Source: a virus (Duplodnaviria > Caudoviricetes). Taken from it: DNA of 64,000 bases. The notes under the pieces are model-generated. The model was given only the letters and a program-made list of their open reading frames with translations. It had not been told where the DNA came from and made no database searches. A program made the translations under genes and the position numbers. Below are positions 28,616 to 36,653 of the stretch, one piece after another. Every line of letters starts with the position of its first letter. Position 1 is the stretch's first letter. Where the stretch lies: positions 1,067 through 65,066 of IMG/VR virus record IMGVR_UViG_3300043773_000356. One strand, given 5' to 3'.

Positions 28616-28837
28616 ATGCCTATTTTTATCCACTGCCGCGATTGCGGCGACAAACTCCGCAAAAAGAAGGACCGTGAGCACGGCACCTGTTGGGACTGCC
28701 GAGAGGTAGCGGCGATTAATGTGAGGAAGTCATGGTGTGTTGTGCAGGAATACGGCAAGGGTCCATATCAACTAGTCACCGCTGCCGCTGCACCCACCAC
28801 CCTGAAACAAACCAACCAAAAAAGCGTACGCACATGA
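28616..28837 (+). CDS. Small Zn-ribbon protein
   Basis: CRDC...CWDC. Confidence 0.65.
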   Translation: MPIFIHCRDCGDKLRKKKDREHGTCWDCREVAAINVRKSWCVVQEYGKGPYQLVTAAAAPTTLKQTNQKSVRT

Positions 28838-29052
28838 AAACCAAATACAAAGCATCAGCAAAGCTAATAACCCAAGACGGCAAAACAATTGTCCTGCGGT
28901 TTCACAGTCTCACCTTCGCACAAGCGAAGGCATTCCAAAAAACGTTCGATCAGTTCGACCACATACGCAGCGATGCAGATTTAGTTTTTCATGGTTGGTC
29001 AGAGGTCAAGCTGAAAGATGTTATTGATGCAGAGAAGGAGGGGTTGGTATGA
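28834..29052 (+). CDS. Hypothetical protein
   Basis: ATGA overlap at 28834 (MKTKYK...). Confidence 0.6.
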   Translation: MKTKYKASAKLITQDGKTIVLRFHSLTFAQAKAFQKTFDQFDHIRSDADLVFHGWSEVKLKDVIDAEKEGLV

Positions 29053-29237
29053 AGCAGATTGAAACGTGGGCACAGGTAAGCACCCGCAAGGTAGAGCCTA
29101 GATACGTATCACCAGACGAGCACCGTAGGCTTGAGCGCGTCGCTGTTGGGAGAATATGCAGGTGTAATGATTGCATTTGCTGTGCAGAGTTTAGAGCAGA
29201 TAAACAAATGCAAACTAGTAAACTATCAACCTATTGA
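29049..29237 (+). CDS. Small Cys-rich protein
   Basis: CRCNDCICC; ATGA overlap. Confidence 0.55.
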   Translation: MKQIETWAQVSTRKVEPRYVSPDEHRRLERVAVGRICRCNDCICCAEFRADKQMQTSKLSTY

Positions 29238-29272
29238 CAAATGTGGTAAATAGTGGTAAATAGTGGTAAACT
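29234..29272 (+). promoter_or_regulatory. Sigma70 promoter with 3x 10-bp tandem repeat
   Basis: TTGACA at 29234, then GTGGTAAA(TA) three times, ending TGG-TAAACT. Confidence 0.7.
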
Positions 29273-29393
29273 ATAGCTTGTTGTACAGTTTTGAAGTAGC
29301 AGGTTATCCGGTAAGTTGTTATACCGTATAACATTTTCGTAGGTGGTTTCGTTTTTACTTTTGATTTTTATTTTTACTCTTGGAGATTTCACA

Positions 29394-30383
29394 ATGGACT
29401 CAACACAAACAATCATCGGCACCCAACCATTCACATCTTCCCTTCCACCCTTCGACCCACCACTCACACCACCACTTACACCTCAACCCCTAACTGCGCC
29501 GACTGCTATATCCGTGCCGGATCTTGGGTTGTCTTGTGTGTACGTGTCATTCAGTGCAGGTTATCCCCCGTTCCGCAAGCTCGACAAGGACGTGAGCGAG
29601 GAGGTGGACGCAGCCAAGAACACACGCACTCGTGCGGGTAACTACCATAAGAAACTTTTGGGTGACTGCCCGACGTTTGATCGCATCGTCAAGTTCGTGG
29701 CTAACACACGTAACCGCATCCATTACAAACTCACAAAGCCGTGGGGTGATGGCGACTCGGGGCGTGGGTTGCGTGTGACAACCACGGAGATCTTCTTGAA
29801 TGAGTATGTGCCGAAGATGAGCGCAGCGGAGAGCGAGTATTGGCAGTTGGTTCAAGAGTTCCTCGACGAGTACGACACGTTCGTGAGTGCAGCTGCGTTT
29901 CAGCTGCAAGACTTGTTTAACCGTGACGACTACCCACCCAAGGATAAGGTCGCTAAGAAGTTTCATTGGTCATATGCACCGTGCCCTGTGCCTAACGAGG
30001 ACGACTTCCGTATTCAGGCAGGGCGGGATGCGGTTGCGCTGATTAAGTCTCAATACCAAACACATTATGAGGAGTGCATCAAGAACATTCAGAGTGACAA
30101 CTGGAAGCAGTTGCATGAGGTGCTCACGAACATGAGCGAGCGACTCGCGGTCAATGGGGAGACTAAAACAATCTTCAGGGATACGCTGATCAGTAACGCC
30201 GTGGCAGCTTGCAACATGCTGAAAGGTTTCAACGTGAACAATGACCCTGCACTTGAGGTAGCACGACTCAAGCTTGAGGAAACACTTTATGGTGTGTCAG
30301 CGGACGCACTGCGTGAGGACTTGGGCTTGCGTCACGATGTGAAAAGCAAGGTCGATTCAATCCTGAAAGATATGGATTGGTAA
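29394..30383 (+). CDS. DUF3150-like phage protein
   Basis: KKLL...LTKPWGD...FLDEY...LFNRDDYP...KF. ATG at 29394 after a TTGGAG RBS; usual partner of AAA/vWA genes. Confidence 0.6.
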   Translation: MDSTQTIIGTQPFTSSLPPFDPPLTPPLTPQPLTAPTAISVPDLGLSCVYVSFSAGYPPFRKLDKDVSEEVDAAKNTRTRAGNYHKKLLGDCPTFDRIVKFVANTRNRIHYKLTKPWGDGDSGRGLRVTTTEIFLNEYVPKMSAAESEYWQLVQEFLDEYDTFVSAAAFQLQDLFNRDDYPPKDKVAKKFHWSYAPCPVPNEDDFRIQAGRDAVALIKSQYQTHYEECIKNIQSDNWKQLHEVLTNMSERLAVNGETKTIFRDTLISNAVAACNMLKGFNVNNDPALEVARLKLEETLYGVSADALREDLGLRHDVKSKVDSILKDMDW

Positions 30384-30520
30384 TTTGGGCAGGATGGGCA
30401 GGTTTTTTGAAAACTTTTGCGGTAGGGGTGGCAAGTTGAAAACGATATTTCTGAAAACTTGTTATACCGTATAACAAACACCCCGACTTTCTTTATTTCT
30501 ATTTTTACTTGGAGAATCTC

Positions 30521-31630
30521 ATGACGACTACAGCAACATCCACAGCATCACAGCTTTACACACTCACCCTGCGTGAGGCGACCGAGATGGTTGGTTTCAA
30601 GGGTCACGATGTGACCTGTCTTGTGCGGGGTCCGATGGGTACGGGCAAGTCATCGATACTGAAAACCCTAGCCAAGCAGTATCCTGACTATGTGCCGTGT
30701 TATTTCGACGGCACCACAAAAGATCTTGGTGACATGATGTATCCGAAGATCGCTAACTTCGATCAGACGGGTAAAGACTATGCGACCTTCGTGCCCAACG
30801 AGGAGTTCGGGTTACACCTTGGCAAGCCTGTGATTCTGATGATCGACGAGATCGGTAAGATGTTTGCACCTGTGCGTAATGCTTGTATGCGTCTGATGTA
30901 CGAACGTGTTATGGCATCAACCCCTGTCCCCGGCATTATCTTCGCAACCACAAACAACTCATCAGAAAATCTTGGTGACGTGATCCTGCCTCACCAGAAT
31001 GATCGCATGACCGAGCTTGTTATTTCAGGACCGACTAACGAGGAGTGGGTGGAGGACTTCGCAATCCCTAACGGGTTAGAGGCAGTGCTGATTAAGTGGG
31101 CTATTGATAACCCACAGTTATTCCACAACCCTGAGATGTACAAGGACTACAAGGACAACGAGTACATCCCTCACCCAACGTCACCCCATAAACACTTCTG
31201 CACACCGAGGTCGATGCACCGTGCGAATCATTGGCTCACAATCAGAGACAAGATTTCATCTAAACAACTTATGGCTGCGTTGATCGGTACGCTTGGTCCC
31301 AAGGGTGCTGCCGACTTGCATACGCATATCGCCATATCAGATCAGATGCCGACGCAAGCGAGTATTAAAGTGGACCCGAGAAACGCAGTTATCCCACGCA
31401 GTGCAGCAGCGTGTCAGATGGTGGTGTACCGTGCGCTGACAAGCATGAAGCTCGACATGATCGACCCGTGGATGGACTACATGCTGAGACTTGAGCCCGA
31501 GCATCAGTCAGTGTTTGCTAATCAGGCGAGGCGTAACACGTACCCGCACCGCCAGATGGTGATGACTAATCCAAAGTTTGTTAAGTGGAGCGTGGCTAAC
31601 AACTTCGCATTCACGGCAGACAAGAACTGA
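30521..31630 (+). CDS. MoxR-type AAA+ ATPase
   Basis: Walker A GPMGTGKS, Walker B ILMIDE, ATTN sensor and TPRS. ATG at 30521 after CTTGGAGAA. Confidence 0.85.
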   Translation: MTTTATSTASQLYTLTLREATEMVGFKGHDVTCLVRGPMGTGKSSILKTLAKQYPDYVPCYFDGTTKDLGDMMYPKIANFDQTGKDYATFVPNEEFGLHLGKPVILMIDEIGKMFAPVRNACMRLMYERVMASTPVPGIIFATTNNSSENLGDVILPHQNDRMTELVISGPTNEEWVEDFAIPNGLEAVLIKWAIDNPQLFHNPEMYKDYKDNEYIPHPTSPHKHFCTPRSMHRANHWLTIRDKISSKQLMAALIGTLGPKGAADLHTHIAISDQMPTQASIKVDPRNAVIPRSAAACQMVVYRALTSMKLDMIDPWMDYMLRLEPEHQSVFANQARRNTYPHRQMVMTNPKFVKWSVANNFAFTADKN

Positions 31631-31832
31631 CCGGACCTAACCCTCATCACATGTAAGAGCAGAACTACTAGCATGGCAGATGTGAGCGTATTTTTGCGTG
31701 GCACCCTTGATGAGGGGCGTAGGGTAGGGTGCCGCACTCCTGACATGAGGTGGGCATGTAATCTGCCTTTCCCACCACACAACCCTGGCATTGAAAAGTT
31801 ATACCGTATAACAAATTACTTGGAGAAATAAG

Positions 31833-33068
31833 ATGGAACTAGCCATTGGTAAACAACTTACCGCAGAACAGCGTCTCATTAAAGCAGTCGGTAACATCAT
31901 GGCCCACGACGATTGGATTGCAATCAGCTCAGTGCTGATGGTCGGCAGTCGCAAGGTGGACGAGACAACGAAGACAGCCTCCACCGACGGACGCAATGAG
32001 AAGTATGGGCGTGAGTTCGTGGACAGCTTGAGTGATCCCGAGTTGCGCTTCCTCATTCTGCACGAGGCATACCATAAGATGTATATGCACCTCACGACGT
32101 GGAAGCACCTGCATGACGTGAACCACAAGATCGCTAACCATGCGACAGACTACGTGATCAACATTCAGTTGGTGGACGCTGACCCTAACGGGTTGTTTAT
32201 CAGGATGCCCAAGTGTGGCCTGATCGACCCACGATTCAGAAACATGTCAGCAGGTGAAGTGTTCAAGATCCTCATGAACGAGCGCAATGACGACGATGAC
32301 GATGACGACGATGGGGGTGGTGACGGTGAGGGTAGTCCGAGTGAGGGAGCGGGGCAGGGTGGCAACGAGAGCGATGGGTTCGATGAGCATGACTGGGATA
32401 ACGCTGCCGACATGCCCGAGGAGGAGCAAGCAGATCTTAAGCGTGAGATCGAGACAGCGGTACGTCAGGGTTTGTTATCAGCATCACGGCGTGGGTCGGG
32501 TGGGCTACGTGCACTGCGTGAGTTGGTCGAGCCGAAGATTGATTGGCGTGCTGTGCTGAGAGACTTTGTGAAATCGTTGATGGCAGGTAAAGAGTTTAGT
32601 ACGTGGGCTAAACCGAATCGCAGATACCTATCGCAAGGCATCTACATGCCGTCAGGTGTGACCGAGAAGGTGGGTGATCTGGTGATCGGCATCGACACGT
32701 CGGGCAGTATCTCGGATGAGTATATCCGTGTGTTTCTCTCGGAGGTTGCAGGGATATGTTCGATGGTTACACCTGCTAAGGTTCACCTGATGTATTGGGA
32801 TACTAAAGTAGCAGCCCATGAGATTTACTCAGGCGATAGAGTTAAAGATCTAGCGCGTAGTACGAAACCGGCGGGCGGTGGCGGCACAGCACCTGCATGT
32901 GTGGCTAGGTTATTGGATGAGAAGAAGATCAAAGCCGAGGCGGTGATTATGTTTACGGACGGTGAGGTGTTCGGTGATTGGGGCAAGTGGTCCGTGCCTA
33001 CGCTGTGGTGCATCACGTCGAAGAACATCACGTCTCCCGTGGGTAAATCTGTGTACGTGCAGATTTGA
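31833..33068 (+). CDS. Metallopeptidase (DUF2201-like) fused to vWA domain
   Basis: TASTDG, HEAYH zincin motif, acidic linker, MIDAS DTSGS, GGGGT and FTDG. Confidence 0.88.
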   Translation: MELAIGKQLTAEQRLIKAVGNIMAHDDWIAISSVLMVGSRKVDETTKTASTDGRNEKYGREFVDSLSDPELRFLILHEAYHKMYMHLTTWKHLHDVNHKIANHATDYVINIQLVDADPNGLFIRMPKCGLIDPRFRNMSAGEVFKILMNERNDDDDDDDDGGGDGEGSPSEGAGQGGNESDGFDEHDWDNAADMPEEEQADLKREIETAVRQGLLSASRRGSGGLRALRELVEPKIDWRAVLRDFVKSLMAGKEFSTWAKPNRRYLSQGIYMPSGVTEKVGDLVIGIDTSGSISDEYIRVFLSEVAGICSMVTPAKVHLMYWDTKVAAHEIYSGDRVKDLARSTKPAGGGGTAPACVARLLDEKKIKAEAVIMFTDGEVFGDWGKWSVPTLWCITSKNITSPVGKSVYVQI

Positions 33069-33117
33069 GTTTGAATGTTATACCGTATAACAAATTATAT
33101 TTTACTTGGAGAGAATC

Positions 33118-34098
33118 ATGTCTGGTGCAGTCATTACTTTAAACCCTGACAAAAACCCATTACTAAAATCTATCAGCACTTGCAACGCACATGTCTCTGT
33201 GCAAGATGAGTTAGCTGTGCTACACGATAACAAGTGGAACGGTGCGCTGAGTAACAGAGTCATCGACGGATTTATTTTTGGTTATGAGATTTCCAAACTC
33301 ATCAACTTCATCAAGTCTTACTACCCGAGCATCAAAGCTATGAATGCAGGTGATAAGAGGTGGCTCGATGAGGGTGGTTGGATGTACCACGGTGCCTATC
33401 TTTATTATGATGACTGCCCGATCACGGTCGGCAGGATTGCGTATTCACCGGGGGAGGGTAAAGCCTTCCATTTCCGTTCGGCTCGGGTTACCAACGAGCG
33501 ATATATAAAATCTAAATGGCGATCCGACTCACGGTATTACCAGATCGACAGCGATGACCCGTTCAAGTTGGCTAAACGTGTCAGTGCTTACTGTGTGCGC
33601 TTTACATTGGACGTGGTGGCGTTTAAGTATTATGAGGTAATCAGAAACTGTTCAAGGGATGCGATATATACGGCAGCTCGGGGGGCAGAGCAGTTGGTTA
33701 GTCCGTTACGTGACGCTGACGTGTTACAGCGTGAGATCGAGAACCTTGTCAGTCAGGGGGTGAAGTTCGTGACACCTGAGTTTAATAAGTTTGTCGAAGA
33801 GTTTCAGGAAGCCAAGCAAGCGAAGATCCACGAGGCGCACCGATCAGTGCCTGTCTATCTGGTACGTGTTACGACGTGGGGTGGTGTGCAACATGCAGAG
33901 TTGTTGAGTGTCCAAAATGTTCGTGAGCATGAACGTCCTGTGCCTGTAGCGACTGACCCGTTGGTTCGTCTACCCATGACAGACATACCAGAAGATATTG
34001 TAGGTAAGTTGTCTGTACTGATGGTCCTCGGTGTCGGAGAACACTTGAACACGGTAGGTATGCGGATCAGCGAAAACTATTTCTGGATCGAGCGATGA
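33118..34098 (+). CDS. Hypothetical early protein
   Basis: ATG at 33118 after CTTGGAGAG. The C-terminal domain is shared with the next gene. Confidence 0.7.
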   Translation: MSGAVITLNPDKNPLLKSISTCNAHVSVQDELAVLHDNKWNGALSNRVIDGFIFGYEISKLINFIKSYYPSIKAMNAGDKRWLDEGGWMYHGAYLYYDDCPITVGRIAYSPGEGKAFHFRSARVTNERYIKSKWRSDSRYYQIDSDDPFKLAKRVSAYCVRFTLDVVAFKYYEVIRNCSRDAIYTAARGAEQLVSPLRDADVLQREIENLVSQGVKFVTPEFNKFVEEFQEAKQAKIHEAHRSVPVYLVRVTTWGGVQHAELLSVQNVREHERPVPVATDPLVRLPMTDIPEDIVGKLSVLMVLGVGEHLNTVGMRISENYFWIER

Positions 34099-34457
34099 GC
34101 ACCTATGCCCCTGCAATACTTCGTTTCATGTTGTTTGACGATGGGCGTGTGGAGGATTGTTTCTTATTGGCAGATGTGGAGGAAAAACCAACGCCTACCC
34201 ACCGCCGGTCGCAAAAGTATCTGGAACATGTTACCCATGTGAGTCAGTTCCCCGCAGGAGTGTTGGAGAAGATTGCTGTGTTGATGGTGCTCGACCCTAA
34301 CGACCGTGGTTTGCGAGGCGGTGAAAGCAACCGCATCGAAGGGGTCGGGCGGCGGATTAGTCAGTACACCTATTGGATTGATTTAGGAGAAGAAGATGGC
34401 ATCTACGCCGGAAGCGAAAGTGAAGAAGAAAGTACGCGAGATCCTGAAAGCGGTTAA
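34095..34457 (+). CDS. Hypothetical protein, paralogous to C-terminus of upstream gene
   Basis: P....KIAVLMVL...VGRRISQYTYWI versus P....KLSVLMVL...VGMRISENYFWI. Confidence 0.65.
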   Translation: MSTYAPAILRFMLFDDGRVEDCFLLADVEEKPTPTHRRSQKYLEHVTHVSQFPAGVLEKIAVLMVLDPNDRGLRGGESNRIEGVGRRISQYTYWIDLGEEDGIYAGSESEEESTRDPESG

Positions 34458-34689
34458 TGCGTATTACGTTATGCCTGTCACAGGGGGCTACGGGAATTCG
34501 GGTGTACCGGATTTTATTGTGTGCATCCGAGGCAGGTTTGTCGGTATCGAATGCAAGGCCGGGAAGGGTGTGCCTACTGCCTTGCAGTTAAAAAATATAG
34601 ATCAGATCCACGACGCAGGTGGTGTTGCGTTTGTAGTAAACGAAACCAATGTAGACCAATTAGCAGCCGTATTGGAGAGTATGAAATGA
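34396..34689 (+). CDS. VRR-NUC / PD-(D/E)XK Holliday-junction resolvase-like nuclease
   Basis: TPEAKVK...GVPDF...FVGIECKAG...PTALQ...GG.AFVVNE. Confidence 0.85.
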   Translation: MASTPEAKVKKKVREILKAVNAYYVMPVTGGYGNSGVPDFIVCIRGRFVGIECKAGKGVPTALQLKNIDQIHDAGGVAFVVNETNVDQLAAVLESMK

Positions 34690-35165
34690 GTTTATCTGAA
34701 CCATATGGGCAGTATCGCCCACCGCTTGGTGTCGAGACTGCGATGAGCCAAGCACTAGTAAAAGCTTTACAGGAAGTACAACCCGAGGAGAATCACATGG
34801 AACCAAAGAAGCGTAGTAAACGTAGAGTCATCACCAAGGCAGAACTTAAGCGTATCGTCGCTATGCGTGAGGCAGGTGTGCCCGTGCATAAGATCGCCCA
34901 AGAGACAGGACGTGCAGTGTCCTCGGTGTGGCGCGTGCTGAGTATCGAGAAGGCGAAGAAAGAAACTCCATCGTTCCTAAAGACTGCACCCGCCCACACT
35001 GAAGTTGTCACACCACAAAATGTTATACCGTATAACATTCCGTCCATCCCGTCTTCTGTACTGAAACCAGTGACCCAAGAAAAAGAGGCGGGGTGGCTGC
35101 AACGCATGGCAATTTCTTTTTGCCGGTTCCTTGGCGTGACGGACAACATGTATGGAAAACACTAA
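34686..35165 (+). CDS. Helix-turn-helix DNA-binding protein
   Basis: IVAMREAGVPVHKIAQETGRAVSSVWRVL. The start is 34686 or 34797 (GAGGAG RBS). Contains an operator copy. Confidence 0.7.
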   Translation: MSLSEPYGQYRPPLGVETAMSQALVKALQEVQPEENHMEPKKRSKRRVITKAELKRIVAMREAGVPVHKIAQETGRAVSSVWRVLSIEKAKKETPSFLKTAPAHTEVVTPQNVIPYNIPSIPSSVLKPVTQEKEAGWLQRMAISFCRFLGVTDNMYGKH

Positions 35166-35499
35166 CCCTACCACCCCCGTCATTCAGCTTACCGATCACG
35201 AGGTCAAGGCGTTGAAGTACATAGAACAACGCAAGACTCCGGCGTCGATCAAAGAAGTGGCGCTCCAAGTTATGTTATCCAGACAGGCTGCACATCGGGT
35301 ACTCACGCAGCTTGTACGGAAGAGACAGATAAGAAGTTACTTGGAGTTTATTGCAGCAAAGAAACCGGAGCGACGTTACGTGTCGCTCCATTCGGAGATA
35401 GCAGCGACGCTACCCCCACCCAAGATCAGACGTAAACTAAAAGTAAATAATTTTTACAACGATCCCTTTAATCTGTTAGGAGCAAGAGATGCAAATTAA
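35152..35499 (+). CDS. Winged-helix DNA-binding protein
   Basis: LTDHEVKALKYI...PASIKEVALQVMLSRQAAHRVLTQLVRKRQI...RY. Confidence 0.7.
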   Translation: MENTNPTTPVIQLTDHEVKALKYIEQRKTPASIKEVALQVMLSRQAAHRVLTQLVRKRQIRSYLEFIAAKKPERRYVSLHSEIAATLPPPKIRRKLKVNNFYNDPFNLLGARDAN

Positions 35500-35665
35500 G
35501 ACTACATCGGAAAGCACGAACGTACTAAAAACTTTTATGCGGCAGTGGAAGTTACTGAAACAACCTTATCCTTGGAAAGACCCCAAGGTAGTTGCCGAAC
35601 GTCGGAGAATAGCTGCCCTTGATCGGGCAAGGATTGACCTGCGACTAAGCGGTGAGGTTGAATAG
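35489..35665 (+). CDS. Small hypothetical protein (58 aa)
   Basis: Read manually: MQIKTTSESTNVLKTFMRQW...SGEVE; AGGAG RBS. Confidence 0.6.
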   Translation: MQIKTTSESTNVLKTFMRQWKLLKQPYPWKDPKVVAERRRIAALDRARIDLRLSGEVE

Positions 35666-35711
35666 CAGGGTGTTGAGCAGTGATAACGATATATAAATTT
35701 ACTTGGAGAAA

Positions 35712-36653
35712 ATGATGGAAATGGAAAGTATTCAGCGGTTGACTAAAGATCTTAAGACCGCAGCAGTGAAGTTGACCGACCATGAGGCTCGGTTTCTGGT
35801 GGACTATTACTACATAGCGCAGGAGGACCGTAAGCGGTCCAACAATCAAGTCTTATCGCTTGAGAAAAACCAAGAACCTAACGCCGTGGTGAGTTGGCTT
35901 GCTAACCAAGCCGAAACCCTCGAAGGGCAGGTGAAGCGGGCGTTAGACGCTTACACCGACGGACATGTTATGGGTGCATGGATGCGACAAATCGTAGGTA
36001 TCGGCCCGGTTATCAGTGCGGGGTTGCTTGCACATATCGACATTACCAAGGCACCGACTGTCGGTCATATCTGGAGATACGCAGGGCTTGATCCCACGAG
36101 TAAGTGGGCGGGGAAGAAAGGTGCTGAGGACTTTGTGGCCGAGCACGGCATCAACTTTGAATTAGCAGCGCGGATGATCGGTATGAGCGAGGAAACATTG
36201 AGACGCATGGCGCTCAACGATAAAGGCAAAGTTACAGAAACAAGTTTTACCAACGCGCTCAAACGTCGTCCGTGGAATTCAAGTTTAAAGACACTGTGCT
36301 GGAAGGTCGGGCAATCATTCATGAAGTTTTCAGGACGTGATGATTGCTACTACGGCAAGATCTATAAAGAACGTAAGGCGTACGAGGTTGCCCGCAATGA
36401 GCGGGGTGATAACAAGGCATTGGCTGAAGAGTTGATAGGTAAATTTAAAAAGAGCACGGAGGCGTATGGGTATTTGAAGAGCGGTGTGCTGCCCCCTGCA
36501 CAGATTGACGCACGGGCTAGACGTTATGCAGTGAAGCTTTTCTTATCCCATCTGCATGGTGCGTGGTATGAGGCACACTATGGCACGAAACCCCCACTGC
36601 CTTACCCGATTGCACATATGGGTCACGCGCATTTTATCCCTGCACCTGTTTAA
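35712..36653 (+). CDS. tasA: TIGR-associated Nop/IS110-fold RNA-binding protein without RuvC or HNH (TasA-like)
   Basis: Coiled coil RFLVDYYYIAQEDRKRSNNQ, GIGPVISAGL, WRYAGLDP, PWNSSLKTLCW and RARRYAVKLFLSHL. No N-terminal DEDD RuvC. The array begins at its stop codon. ATG at 35712 after CTTGGAGAA. Confidence 0.85.
   Translation: MMEMESIQRLTKDLKTAAVKLTDHEARFLVDYYYIAQEDRKRSNNQVLSLEKNQEPNAVVSWLANQAETLEGQVKRALDAYTDGHVMGAWMRQIVGIGPVISAGLLAHIDITKAPTVGHIWRYAGLDPTSKWAGKKGAEDFVAEHGINFELAARMIGMSEETLRRMALNDKGKVTETSFTNALKRRPWNSSLKTLCWKVGQSFMKFSGRDDCYYGKIYKERKAYEVARNERGDNKALAEELIGKFKKSTEAYGYLKSGVLPPAQIDARARRYAVKLFLSHLHGAWYEAHYGTKPPLPYPIAHMGHAHFIPAPV

Larger units (their letters stand above)
27792..35037. 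promoter_or_regulatory. Dispersed palindromic operator GTTATAC-C-GTATAAC (9 exact copies)
   Basis: The 15-mer starts at 27793, 27900, 28500, 28562, 29318, 30461, 31798, 33077 and 35022. Variants occur at 26602 and 27322. Confidence 0.85.

Noticed and set aside
35712-36653. IS110 transposase / insertion sequence
   Set aside because: It lacks the N-terminal DEDD RuvC domain and an evident catalytic serine loop, uses the phage's own RBS motif, and is followed by a guide array rather than IS ends.
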